Below, piece by piece: positions 30,032-38,856 of a stretch of 64,000 bases of DNA; within the stretch, counting starts at the first letter, position 1, and each line of letters starts with the position of its first letter. Location of the stretch: assembly GCA_039028615.1 (NCBI GenBank), contig JBCCHT010000037.1:62152-126151 (forward strand). The letters run 5' to 3'. The notes under the pieces were generated by a model. That model ran no database searches. It was not told where the DNA came from and saw only the letters and a list, made by a program, of their open reading frames with translations. The position numbers were made by a program, and so were the translations under genes. The stretch is from Myxococcota bacterium. Lineage in GTDB: Bacteria; Myxococcota_A; Polyangia; Nannocystales; Nannocystaceae.

Positions 30032-32844
30032 CCGGGCGGTTCGAAACCATCGCAGGTCTCGGCGATGACTTCGACCGCTGCGGCAAGGAAAGGACTGTAG
30101 TCTGGCTCGCAGACGCTAGCCCGGGTGCTGGCGGGGAAGGCATCGAGCAGCGCCCCGAGCCGAGGCGCGGGCACGGGGTCGTCGCACACCTGCGAGGCGG
30201 CATCGCCATCGGGCAGCAATCCGAGGATGACGACCGCGCTCTCGTCTTCGTTCTTCGCCGCAACCAGGGCGTCGTGCCACGCGGGCGGCTCGTCTTCGGA
30301 GACCTCGTCGGGTTCGTCGGTGATGAGGGTGACGACCAAGATCGCGTCGTCACGCAAGAAGCCCTCGTTGCAGGCGTGCTCGGCGAGCAGCTCGCTCGAG
30401 ACGGCGCGGGTGAGCGACTGGGCGGTGTGCTCGAGCGAGCTACCGTCGACGCCGACCCGAGCCGCGCACGAAAATGCGGTGTCGAGGTCGGGGTGCCCCG
30501 CGTCCACGAAGCGACCGGAGCCGAGCTCGCAGGGCTCGTTGCTCGCGCCCTCGCCGTAGGGCGCCACCTCGCCCGCGCCCATGGTGATGTCGCACAGCTC
30601 GGGAGCGGGCACGTCGCACGAAAACGCGGGCTCGTCGGGACAGCTGCCGAGCGTCGAGCAGGCATTGGCACAGTCGGCCCCGTTCCATTGGCCGTCGGTG
30701 TCGACCACCATGACGTGCCAGTCGTCGGCGGGCACCGCTTCCTGCATGGCGTCGACGAAGCCGGGGAAGCTGTCGACGAGGTTGGTCTGGTGGTCCTTCA
30801 TGGACTCCGAGCTGTCGATCACGAACAGGAAGTCGATCTTCTGACAGCCGGTGCCGGGGTTGAAGGGCACGTCGCTGGGGGGCGGGGTGTCGAGCTTGCC
30901 CGCGGTGTCGTCGGCGTCGAGCGAGCCCATGGTGCCCGTGGTCGAGAGCCCAGACAGGCCGTCGGTGTCGGAGCCGCTGGTGCCGGAACCACCACCGCTG
31001 CAGCCCAGGCCGAGGCTGGCCGCGCCGAGCATGGCGAGACGTCGTCGCCGACGCATCACGCCGAGCAGCATCAGGCCGCCCCACAGCCATGGCAGGCCTT
31101 CGTCGCCCTCGCCGGAGGACTGGCAGCTGCAGCCGGTGGCCGGAGGATCCTCGAGCCCCACCGTGGCGCCGTCGGTGGCTCCCGTGCCCGTGCCCGTCTC
31201 ATCGGCCGAGCCGGGGTTGCCGCTGTCACCCTGGTCGTCGCCGACGCCCGAGCCCCCTGCGGTGCCGTCGAGCCCTCCGCTGGTGCCCTCGGGGAAGTCG
31301 TCGCCGTAGAGGGTCTCGGAGGTGTTGGAGCCCTGGTCGCGCCAATTGAGCCCCACGCGATAGTCCAGCTGCGCCGAGTTGAGGTAGGTGCCGAAATCGT
31401 CGAGCTGCACCTCGATGGTCACGTCGCCCGCTTCTTCCGGCCCCAGGTTGCCGAGGTCCCAGGTCACCGTGTCGCCCTCGAGCGTGCCCCCGTCGGACGC
31501 GGACACGAAGGTCGCTCCCGGGGGCAGGGTATCGGTGAGGGTCACGTCGAGCACATTGATGAAGCTCGTGTTCGAGTACGTGATGCTCAGCGTGATCGCG
31601 GGCTCGGTGGTCTGCTCGGGCGCATCGACGGCCAGGCCGATGGTGGGCAGGCCCTCGACGGTGGCGCACGGCGCTTCGAACAACGAGTTCAAGAACATCC
31701 GCGTGCCCTGGGTATCGGGGTTGGCGGAGATCGGCGTGTCGGTGCTGTACTCGTGGCCGCCCAGGTAGCTGACCTTGCCGATGGTGCCGCACTCGTGCTG
31801 ATCGGGCGGGCACGCGCCATCGAGGAAGCCGGTCATCCACACGTCGTTGACGCCCTCGGGCGTGCCCGCCTCGGTGAGCATGGTGATGTCGCCCGCCTTG
31901 TACTCGTCGCCCTTGGGCAGCGAGTACGCGGGCTCGCTGCCGCCGACCGTCTCGTAGCTGCCGTGGATCTGCCCGAAGGGCGAGTCCATGTGCAGGAAGT
32001 CGAGCTCGTCGGGGCGGTCGCCGATGAGAAAGCCGTTCGGTGTCAAGAAGAAGCCGTGCGGGTCGAGGTTCTCGAACGCGTTGACGGCCTGGCACTCGGC
32101 AAAAAAGTGCACCGGGTTGTTGAGGTAGGCACGCACCTCGGCCACCACTTCGGGCTGGGCCTCGGCGTCGCCCACGTCCCAGTGCATGGACATCAGCTGG
32201 CAGTAGACCGGGTTGCCGTCCTCGTCGAAGAGCGCACCGTCGGCGTGGTCGGTGTCGGTCGGGCCCGCGAGCTCGTCGGTGTCGAGCATGTCCGGGCTGT
32301 CGTTGCCCCAGTCGAGCGACAGCTCGGAGTCGGGAATCGCCGCGGCCTGCATGTAGCTGCGGGCGATGTCCTCGTTGCCGTCAGCGACCATCGCGATGGT
32401 CGGGGCCACCACGAGGTAGCGGGAGACCTCGGCCGAGAACGGAGCATCGGCTTCGTGCACCGCCGTCTCGGGATACTCCGCCAGCCAGTCGTCGATGATC
32501 GCCTGGGCTTGCATCGCATCCAAGGCATCGACGACGAAGGGCCCACCGCGGTAGTCGTGACCCGTGACGGGCATGCCGCTGGCCACGTCGAAGGCGTCGG
32601 CCGTGAAGTCCTCCTCGCCGTAGACCTTGCCCTCGCGGATCGTCCAACGCACTGGAACATCGTTCAGGAGCAAGGCGTATACGAGGCCGTACGCTCGCAG
32701 CATCCCTTCGTCCTGGTAGTCCAGGTCCATCGGGATGATGTACGAGCCGGCATCGAAGTCATCCGCTCGCGCTTCGGTGGCCCCCCCCAGGGCCAGCGCC
32801 GCAGCGGCTACCAGTACGACACGTTTGCAGAGTCGTCCGTTCAT
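30028..32844 (-). CDS. Secreted multidomain protein: N-terminal alpha/beta domain, DUF11 domain, internal MYXO-CTERM, lipobox, vWA-like domain
   Basis: GAAGGA RBS, AxA signal peptide, DTLPPGATFVSAS..G...TWDLGNL (DUF11), GCSC...TM-RRRRR, LGLGC, DFLFVIDSSESM (MIDAS-like), ITDEPD. Confidence 0.85.
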   Translation of the reverse strand: MNGRLCKRVVLVAAAALALGGATEARADDFDAGSYIIPMDLDYQDEGMLRAYGLVYALLLNDVPVRWTIREGKVYGEEDFTADAFDVASGMPVTGHDYRGGPFVVDALDAMQAQAIIDDWLAEYPETAVHEADAPFSAEVSRYLVVAPTIAMVADGNEDIARSYMQAAAIPDSELSLDWGNDSPDMLDTDELAGPTDTDHADGALFDEDGNPVYCQLMSMHWDVGDAEAQPEVVAEVRAYLNNPVHFFAECQAVNAFENLDPHGFFLTPNGFLIGDRPDELDFLHMDSPFGQIHGSYETVGGSEPAYSLPKGDEYKAGDITMLTEAGTPEGVNDVWMTGFLDGACPPDQHECGTIGKVSYLGGHEYSTDTPISANPDTQGTRMFLNSLFEAPCATVEGLPTIGLAVDAPEQTTEPAITLSITYSNTSFINVLDVTLTDTLPPGATFVSASDGGTLEGDTVTWDLGNLGPEEAGDVTIEVQLDDFGTYLNSAQLDYRVGLNWRDQGSNTSETLYGDDFPEGTSGGLDGTAGGSGVGDDQGDSGNPGSADETGTGTGATDGATVGLEDPPATGCSCQSSGEGDEGLPWLWGGLMLLGVMRRRRRLAMLGAASLGLGCSGGGSGTSGSDTDGLSGLSTTGTMGSLDADDTAGKLDTPPPSDVPFNPGTGCQKIDFLFVIDSSESMKDHQTNLVDSFPGFVDAMQEAVPADDWHVMVVDTDGQWNGADCANACSTLGSCPDEPAFSCDVPAPELCDITMGAGEVAPYGEGASNEPCELGSGRFVDAGHPDLDTAFSCAARVGVDGSSLEHTAQSLTRAVSSELLAEHACNEGFLRDDAILVVTLITDEPDEVSEDEPPAWHDALVAAKNEDESAVVILGLLPDGDAASQVCDDPVPAPRLGALLDAFPASTRASVCEPDYSPFLAAAVEVIAETCDGFEPPG

Positions 32845-33146
32845 TTCGCATCCTTCCGCCCACATCGCGGGCGATCGTAGCACGGTGACCGGAACGAACT
32901 GGTCCGAGCTACAACGACGAATTACGTGCCCAATATGGCATTGCGGCGCGGTTCAGGCAGTGGAGACCACGGTCGATACACACCGCTTCAGCGGTGCTGC
33001 GAAGCGGGCAAGTGACACCACGTTCACTACGCGACGGTGTGTAGGGACGCCGTGCACCTTCCATTCGAAACGACTCGCGCCATCGGGCGTCTCGTCTCGA
33101 GAGCGCAGCCGATGGCGCGAAGCGGTGGCCGATGCAGGCGTGGGTT

Positions 33147-33587
33147 CTACTGACCGCGGAGCGCGACGCAGAAGGTGCTGAGGTACAGCGCCGACGCGGA
33201 GACGATGTCGTCCTCGGCGATGACGTTGCGGTCGGCCAAGCGGTTCCACTCGTACGCGCCCTTGGCCACCAGCTCGATCTCCTGGGTGTCGACGTCCATG
33301 CCCATCGCGCCGTAGTCGTACAGGACCTGAACCGGCGCGTCGAAGACGGTGCCCTCGGGCAGGACCTGGTACGAGGGGCCGAGCGCGTCGGCGGGAAGGT
33401 CGTCGACCTGCTCGATGCTGATCTCGACGGCGTGGTCGAGCGCGCCCTCGGGAATGTCGATGGTGAGGCGCCCATCCCGAGAAACAACCGTTCCTCCCTC
33501 CGGCCCGACGACATCGTCTCCCGCAGGATCACACCCGGCGATGAGGGAAGCGACGATGGCGGCAGTAGCGATGGAGCGGAGCTGCAT
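33147..33587 (-). CDS. Small lipoprotein with ZU5-like domain
   Basis: Lipobox IAGC; GPEGG.V...LTIDIPEGAL...I.I, L.PEG..F..PV. Confidence 0.75.
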   Translation of the reverse strand: MQLRSIATAAIVASLIAGCDPAGDDVVGPEGGTVVSRDGRLTIDIPEGALDHAVEISIEQVDDLPADALGPSYQVLPEGTVFDAPVQVLYDYGAMGMDVDTQEIELVAKGAYEWNRLADRNVIAEDDIVSASALYLSTFCVALRGQ

Positions 33588-33603
33588 AGGCACCCCCCGT
33601 AAG

Positions 33604-33620
33604 AGCAAAGGGTGTGCCAA
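33604..33620 (-). promoter_or_regulatory. Sigma54 (-24/-12) promoter TTGGCACACCCTTTGCT
   Basis: Exact GG-N10-GC spacing and TGGCAC-N5-TTGC consensus, 16 bp before the ZU5-lipoprotein ATG. Confidence 0.75.
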
Positions 33621-34017
33621 ACTACAAAACCGCTGTGGACCCCGTTTCGCGGTCGGATCGGTCCGTCAAGGCGCTGACGAGGCAACCCGAATGGCCAGAT
33701 CAGTGGCAACGACACTTGCCACTTGGAGCGGGGTGCGAGAAGGCATGAAATCCAGGGATATCAAGTACATGCACCTTCACTTTGGTGAGGTTGCATACAT
33801 GTGCTCTTAGGTGTGCCTCAGGGCCGGATCGCGTTCGTTGGAATCGCCGTGGCACCTCGTTCGAGGGCGGTGTGGACCTCGGGTCAACGATCGAGCGACG
33901 CGCTCGAGAGGTCGCGTTGGTTTCGCCGACGGCAACGCGCCGCGGCGTGCCGCATCGACGCTCGACTCCGTTTCGCGGCCTTGTTGGGCCGAGGCGACGC
34001 TGCCGGGGTTTCGGAGT

Positions 34018-35313
34018 ATGGTCCCGCCCCTGGTGTCCGTACGTGTGCAAATTCGGGGGTTTTCCCATGGCGGCGAAGGGGTGGGGCAGGACGGAGACGG
34101 CCTGACCTGGTTCGTCCCCGGTGCCGTGCCGGGCGAGGAGGTCGAGGTCGAGCCCGGTCGTCGCAAGGCCCGGTGGGCCCGAGGTCGTCTCGTCGAGGTG
34201 ATCGAGGCGGGGCCCGACCGCGTGGCGCCACCGTGTGGCCTCGCCATTCGCTGTGGTGGCTGCGACTGGCAGCACGTCGCGGCGGATCGTCAGGCCGAGC
34301 ACAAGCGGGCCATCGTGGCCGGCCAGCTGCGCGCGCTGGTGGCCGACGAGTCGCAGGTTCGACTGCACGAGGTCCGCAGCCCTTCGCTCGGCTATCGCCG
34401 TCGCGCTCGAGCCCACTACGTCAAAGAGGGCGGCGAGCTGCGGCTCGGCTTCTTCGCCCCGCGCTCGCGCGAGGTCGTGGATGCACCGCAGTGCCCGGTG
34501 CTGCGCCCCGAGCTCGAGCGGTCGCTGGCCAAGGTTCGAGCGCTGGAGCCCCACATGCCGGCCTCGGGCGAGATTCTCGGCCTGTCCGATGGTCGTCACG
34601 TCTCGCTCGCTCTGCCTGGCGTTCGACCGGACGAGCGGGTTCTACAGGCAGGACGAGCGGTGCTCGACGACGAGCTGGTGGGGCTGATGTTCCGCGGAGG
34701 TCGACGCAGCGGCTCGGTCGGCACTCCGTTTCTCGGCCTCGACGGCGGCGACGGCCTCGAGCCCATGCCCGCCAACCCCTTCGTGTTCAGCCAGGCCAAT
34801 GCGGTGGTCAACCGAGCGCTGGTGCGCCACGTGGTCTTGGCTGCGCGGGCCGACGGCAAGCGCGTGCTCGAGCTGTACGCCGGGGCGGGCAACCTCAGCC
34901 GGGCGCTGGCTCGTAGCGCGCGTCGGGTGTGGACCCTCGACGACGATCGCGAAGCGGCGCGCCTGCTGCAGGAGCTGGCCGAGGAAAAGCGCCTGGCCAT
35001 CAAGGCCAAGCACGGCTCGGCGCCCAACCTGGTGGGGCGGCTGGCGGGCGGCGAGACCCGCTACGACGTCGTGGTGGTCGACCCGCCGCGTAGCGGCATG
35101 GGCAAGGAGATGTCGGCGCACGTGGCCCGGGTGGCGACCGAGCGCGTGGTCTATGTCTCGTGCGACCCAGCCACGTTGGCGCGGGACCTCGAGGTGCTCG
35201 TGCAAAAGGGCCTGCGGATCATCGACGTGACCGTGTTCGACATGATGCCGATGACGGCCCAGGTCGAGGTGGTCGCGACGCTCGCCCGCGCGGGAGGAGC
35301 CGCGTCGCAGTGA
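34018..35313 (+). CDS. RNA (uracil-5)-methyltransferase, TrmA/RlmD family with TRAM domain
   Basis: FVPGAVPGE, C...CGGCDWQH, FSQAN, ELYAGAGN, DPPRSG, YVSCDPATLARD. Confidence 0.93.
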   Translation: MVPPLVSVRVQIRGFSHGGEGVGQDGDGLTWFVPGAVPGEEVEVEPGRRKARWARGRLVEVIEAGPDRVAPPCGLAIRCGGCDWQHVAADRQAEHKRAIVAGQLRALVADESQVRLHEVRSPSLGYRRRARAHYVKEGGELRLGFFAPRSREVVDAPQCPVLRPELERSLAKVRALEPHMPASGEILGLSDGRHVSLALPGVRPDERVLQAGRAVLDDELVGLMFRGGRRSGSVGTPFLGLDGGDGLEPMPANPFVFSQANAVVNRALVRHVVLAARADGKRVLELYAGAGNLSRALARSARRVWTLDDDREAARLLQELAEEKRLAIKAKHGSAPNLVGRLAGGETRYDVVVVDPPRSGMGKEMSAHVARVATERVVYVSCDPATLARDLEVLVQKGLRIIDVTVFDMMPMTAQVEVVATLARAGGAASQ

Positions 35314-36401
35314 GCCCGGCCAAGAGCGCGGGCGGTCGCGGCAAGGGCCGCGCCAAGGCCAAGCCCAAGGCGTTCCCCGGCGGCATCGCGCCCGTGTACC
35401 TGCTGTACGGCAGCGAGCCCGCGCCCATGGCCGCACGCGTGGCGGAGGTGCGGGGCAAGGTGCTGGTCGATGGCATGGAGGCGTTCAACCACGAGCGCTT
35501 CGCGGGCCGGGAGCTGGACTCCATCTCCCCCGTGCTCGAGGCCTGTCAGCAGCTACCGATGATGGCCGAGCGGCGCCTGGTCGAGCTGTCGGATCCCGAG
35601 GCGGCGGGCAAGCGCGGCGGCGGGACCAAGGCCAGCCTGGATGCCTTGGTCGCGTATCTCAAGGAGCCCAACCCCACCACCGTGCTGCTGTTGACCTCGA
35701 GCGGTATCGACGGGCGCTCGCGCTTGGTCACCGCGACCAAGAAGGTCGGCATCGTCGAGAAGTTCGAGGCGCTCAAGCGCGACGGGGATGCGGTGGCCTT
35801 CGTGCTCGAGCAGGCGGAGAAGACCGAGACGCGGATCGATCGCGCGACCGCCCATCAGCTGGTGCAGCTGGTCGGCACGGGCCCTTCGGATCTCGTGCAT
35901 GCCCTCGAGCGCGCGGCTCTGCACGCGGGCGCCGATCAGCCGGTGCGGGGGAGCGATCTCGATGCAGTGGTGGGTCACACCCGCGAGGCGGTGATCTTCG
36001 AGCTGACCGATGCCTTCGGCATGGGCGACGCCCCGCGAGCCCTGGCCGTGCTGGCTCGGCTCTTCCACGAGAGCAGCGTGCCCGAGATCGGCCAGGCCAA
36101 TCAGGTGCTGTCGATGCTGATCCGGCAGATCCGCCTGGTGTTCGCCGCTCACTCGGCGCTCCAGGAGGGCGGCTCGATCGAGGCGGTCACCGGGGTGCCG
36201 CCGTTCGTGGCCCGCAAGCTCTCCGACCAGGCTCGCCGCTTCCACCCCATTCGCCTGAGGCGAGCCTACGCCGGCCTGGCTCGCTTCGACCGCGACCTCA
36301 AGGGTGGGGCGCACTCGGTGGTCAAAGCGCCGTACATGGCGCTCCAGCGCTTCATCATGGACGTCTGTGGGGCGCTGCCCCAGACGTCGCCGCGGGTGTG
36401 A
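35310..36401 (+). CDS. holA: DNA polymerase III delta subunit
   Basis: PVYLLYG.E, LPMMAERRLV, IFELTDA, D..LKG; convergent with rpsT. Confidence 0.9.
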   Translation: MSPAKSAGGRGKGRAKAKPKAFPGGIAPVYLLYGSEPAPMAARVAEVRGKVLVDGMEAFNHERFAGRELDSISPVLEACQQLPMMAERRLVELSDPEAAGKRGGGTKASLDALVAYLKEPNPTTVLLLTSSGIDGRSRLVTATKKVGIVEKFEALKRDGDAVAFVLEQAEKTETRIDRATAHQLVQLVGTGPSDLVHALERAALHAGADQPVRGSDLDAVVGHTREAVIFELTDAFGMGDAPRALAVLARLFHESSVPEIGQANQVLSMLIRQIRLVFAAHSALQEGGSIEAVTGVPPFVARKLSDQARRFHPIRLRRAYAGLARFDRDLKGGAHSVVKAPYMALQRFIMDVCGALPQTSPRV

Positions 36402-36511
36402 GCCTGCGGGCGCCCGAAACCAATGCAAAGAGGCCGCTCCCGGAGGGGATCGCGGCCTCGATTGCCGTGGGCCCGCGGCGACCAGCGTCGCGGGCGGGAG
36501 ATTGGGATGAA

Positions 36512-36784
36512 CTATCCCTCGGCCGCGGCGGCGTTGACCGCCTTGGTGAGCCGAGAGACGTACCGCGAGGCGGTCTTGGAGTGCACGACACCCTTGGAGG
36601 CGGCCCGGCCGATGGCGGTGATCGCCTTGGGCAGGGTCGTCTTGGCCTCTTCCAGCTCGCTGGAGGCCAGCGCCTTGCGGACGCGCTTGATGTACGTGCG
36701 CATGGTGGAAAGGTGCCGCAGGTTGCGAGCCCGCCGCTTGATGCGCTGTCGGTTACGCTTCTCAGCCTGCTTGTGATTCGCCAC
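36512..36784 (-). CDS. rpsT: 30S ribosomal protein S20
   Basis: (M)ANHKQAEKRNRQ...N...STMRTYIK...AASKGVVHSKTASR..SRL. Confidence 0.96.
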   Translation of the reverse strand: MANHKQAEKRNRQRIKRRARNLRHLSTMRTYIKRVRKALASSELEEAKTTLPKAITAIGRAASKGVVHSKTASRYVSRLTKAVNAAAAEG

Positions 36785-36888
36785 GTCTTCGCCTCTCGAT
36801 CGCCCCAAAGTCTCGTTGGGGGAGCGCGGTTTTTTGGCCCACCTGCGGGGGCTTGTCAAGCGGCCTAGGCCCGGCGACCGTGGGGCCC

Positions 36889-37800
36889 GTGAGTGTGACT
36901 CCTCTCCGACACCTCCACCACCCGATCTCCGCCCGTCCGCGGGGGTTGGGCGTGCCCCTGGCCGCCATGCTCGCGGTCGGCGCAACCGCGGTGATCGCCT
37001 GCAAATTCACCCCTCCGCCGCCTCTGCCTGAGGAGTTGGCCGAGATGGAGGCCGAGCAGCGGGAGCGCAGCGAGGCGGTCAACGGGGGCCAGCCGGTCGA
37101 CCCCGAGGCGGCCGCGGCCGAGGGCGGGGAGCCGGCCGAACCCGGTGACCCCCAGGATCCGTGGGGCTACCGCAAGGGCGACCTGGCCGATCTGGACATG
37201 AGCCCGGAGCAGATGCAGGCCTACGCCCGGGCCCAGGGCGACCCGGAGGGCGGGCTGTTCACACTCGAGCAGGCCTTGGCCGACCTGCCCGGCGAGGGGC
37301 AGTTGTGGGTCGACATGAACACGGACGCGGGGCTCATCTCGTGCCGGCTGTTCGAGGACGAGGCGCCGCTGACGGTGGCCAACTTCGTGGGGCTGGCTCG
37401 AGGCCTGCGGCCCGCGCTCGATGTCGACCAGGAAAACTGGGTGGCTCGGCCCTACTACGACGGGGTGAAGTTCCACCGCGCGATTCCTGGCTTCGTCATC
37501 CAGGGGGGCGACCCGACGGGCACGGGCCGCGGGCGCACGGGCTACGTCATCCAGGACGAGTTCGCGGCCGGCTTGGTGCACGACGAGCCCGGCAAGCTCA
37601 GCATGGCCAACCGCGGCCCCGGGACGGGCGGCGGGCAGTTCTTCGTCACCCTGGCCCCCGTGCCCCACCTGGACGGCAAGCACACCATCTTCGGCGAGTG
37701 CGAAGAGGCGGGGATTCAGGTGGCCGAGAAGATTGCGGCGACCAGCGGCGAGGGGCGCCCGGCTCGAGTCATCGAGCGCGTGGACATCGTGCGGCGCTGA
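36889..37800 (+). CDS. Cyclophilin-type peptidyl-prolyl isomerase, probable lipoprotein
   Basis: APLTVANFVGLA, YYDG..FHRAIPGFVIQGGDP.G.G, SMANRGP, QFFVT, LDGKHTIFG; VIAC lipobox; start uncertain. Confidence 0.93.
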   Translation: MSVTPLRHLHHPISARPRGLGVPLAAMLAVGATAVIACKFTPPPPLPEELAEMEAEQRERSEAVNGGQPVDPEAAAAEGGEPAEPGDPQDPWGYRKGDLADLDMSPEQMQAYARAQGDPEGGLFTLEQALADLPGEGQLWVDMNTDAGLISCRLFEDEAPLTVANFVGLARGLRPALDVDQENWVARPYYDGVKFHRAIPGFVIQGGDPTGTGRGRTGYVIQDEFAAGLVHDEPGKLSMANRGPGTGGGQFFVTLAPVPHLDGKHTIFGECEEAGIQVAEKIAATSGEGRPARVIERVDIVRR

Positions 37801-37833
37801 GCGGCCGCCTCGGTGAGCGGGGGCGTGTTATCG

Positions 37834-38838
37834 ATGGTCCGCATGGTCGTCGGTACTCGCGTCCTCGGGTGGTCGATTGCGTTGGCGTTGATGGGGTGTG
37901 CGGCCCAGTCATCGGGCACCTCCGCCGAGCCGAGCCCGGGCGTGGAGCCCGTACCGACGCCGAACAGCGAACCCGCGGGGGACTCACCGCCGGCCGTGCC
38001 CTACGTTCGCCTGGATGGGATGGCGGGGCCGGGGGGCGTCGTGAATCCCACGTGGACGAGCCCGGCCGAGGACCTGACGCTGCCCGCCGAGTCGTACTCC
38101 GAGCTCATGCTCGAGGGCGTGCCCGTCATCCTCACGCGCTCGGGAGTGTTCGCGGCGGGCAAGCAGGTGGCGTCCGTCAGCGAGGGGCGCGTCGACCCGG
38201 CCGCGATCGAGTCGCACTACATTACCGATCTCGGACCGCTCATCCTCGGACAGCGGGTGATCTTGGCCACGCAGGCGCAGGCCAGAGACGAAGAGCCGAG
38301 GGACAGCATGGTGATCTTCGCCGACCAGGGCCTGCGCTTCGAGTCGCTGGTCGACCTGCTCTACACCGGGGGGCGCTCGGAGTTCGTGGCGTACGAGATC
38401 GCGTTGGCGCCCCAGGAACCCTCGCCGCGAGCCGGTTCGTCGATCTCCATCTACCCGCCTCGGTTTCGCACGGACGGCAGCGAGGCTCCGCCCCGGGCCG
38501 CGCTGTACATCGCGCGCGACCGCCTCTCGTTCGACTTCACGGCGGTCCCCCTGGACCCCGAGGACCCCGGATCGGCGATCGAGAAGATCATGCCGATCGC
38601 GATGGCCCGGTCGGCGCAGCTGAGGGCGGGCAAGGACCTCATACCCACGCTCGAGTTCTCCGCGGAGCCCGACGTGGAGCTGGGCACCATCGTTCGGATC
38701 CTCGTGGCGTTGACCGGCGATGACTGCAAGTACTGGCAGCCCGACACGGAGGGGTGCATCTTCCCGCTGCGCGTGATCACGGCCAGCCGCCCCGAGCCGT
38801 ACGGGGGCGGGCAGCGGTTCGTCGTCGAACAACCGTGA
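37834..38838 (+). CDS. Hypothetical lipoprotein with two ExbD-like periplasmic segments
   Basis: Lipobox LMGC; IFADQGLRFESLVDLLYT and FSAEPDVELGTIVRIL resemble the ExbD/TolR C-terminal motif. Confidence 0.6.
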   Translation: MVRMVVGTRVLGWSIALALMGCAAQSSGTSAEPSPGVEPVPTPNSEPAGDSPPAVPYVRLDGMAGPGGVVNPTWTSPAEDLTLPAESYSELMLEGVPVILTRSGVFAAGKQVASVSEGRVDPAAIESHYITDLGPLILGQRVILATQAQARDEEPRDSMVIFADQGLRFESLVDLLYTGGRSEFVAYEIALAPQEPSPRAGSSISIYPPRFRTDGSEAPPRAALYIARDRLSFDFTAVPLDPEDPGSAIEKIMPIAMARSAQLRAGKDLIPTLEFSAEPDVELGTIVRILVALTGDDCKYWQPDTEGCIFPLRVITASRPEPYGGGQRFVVEQP

Positions 38839-38856
38839 GGGGAGAGTCGAACGTCC

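Noticed and set aside
31050..31060. TGATG (minus strand) at the MYXO-CTERM/lipobox junction as a stop-start gene boundary
   Set aside because: The TGA is out of frame (GGC GTG ATG CGT); the upstream frame reads straight through
33702..33723. TGGCAACGACACTTGC as a second sigma54 promoter
   Set aside because: GG-to-GC spacing is 11 rather than 10; better read as a palindromic binding site
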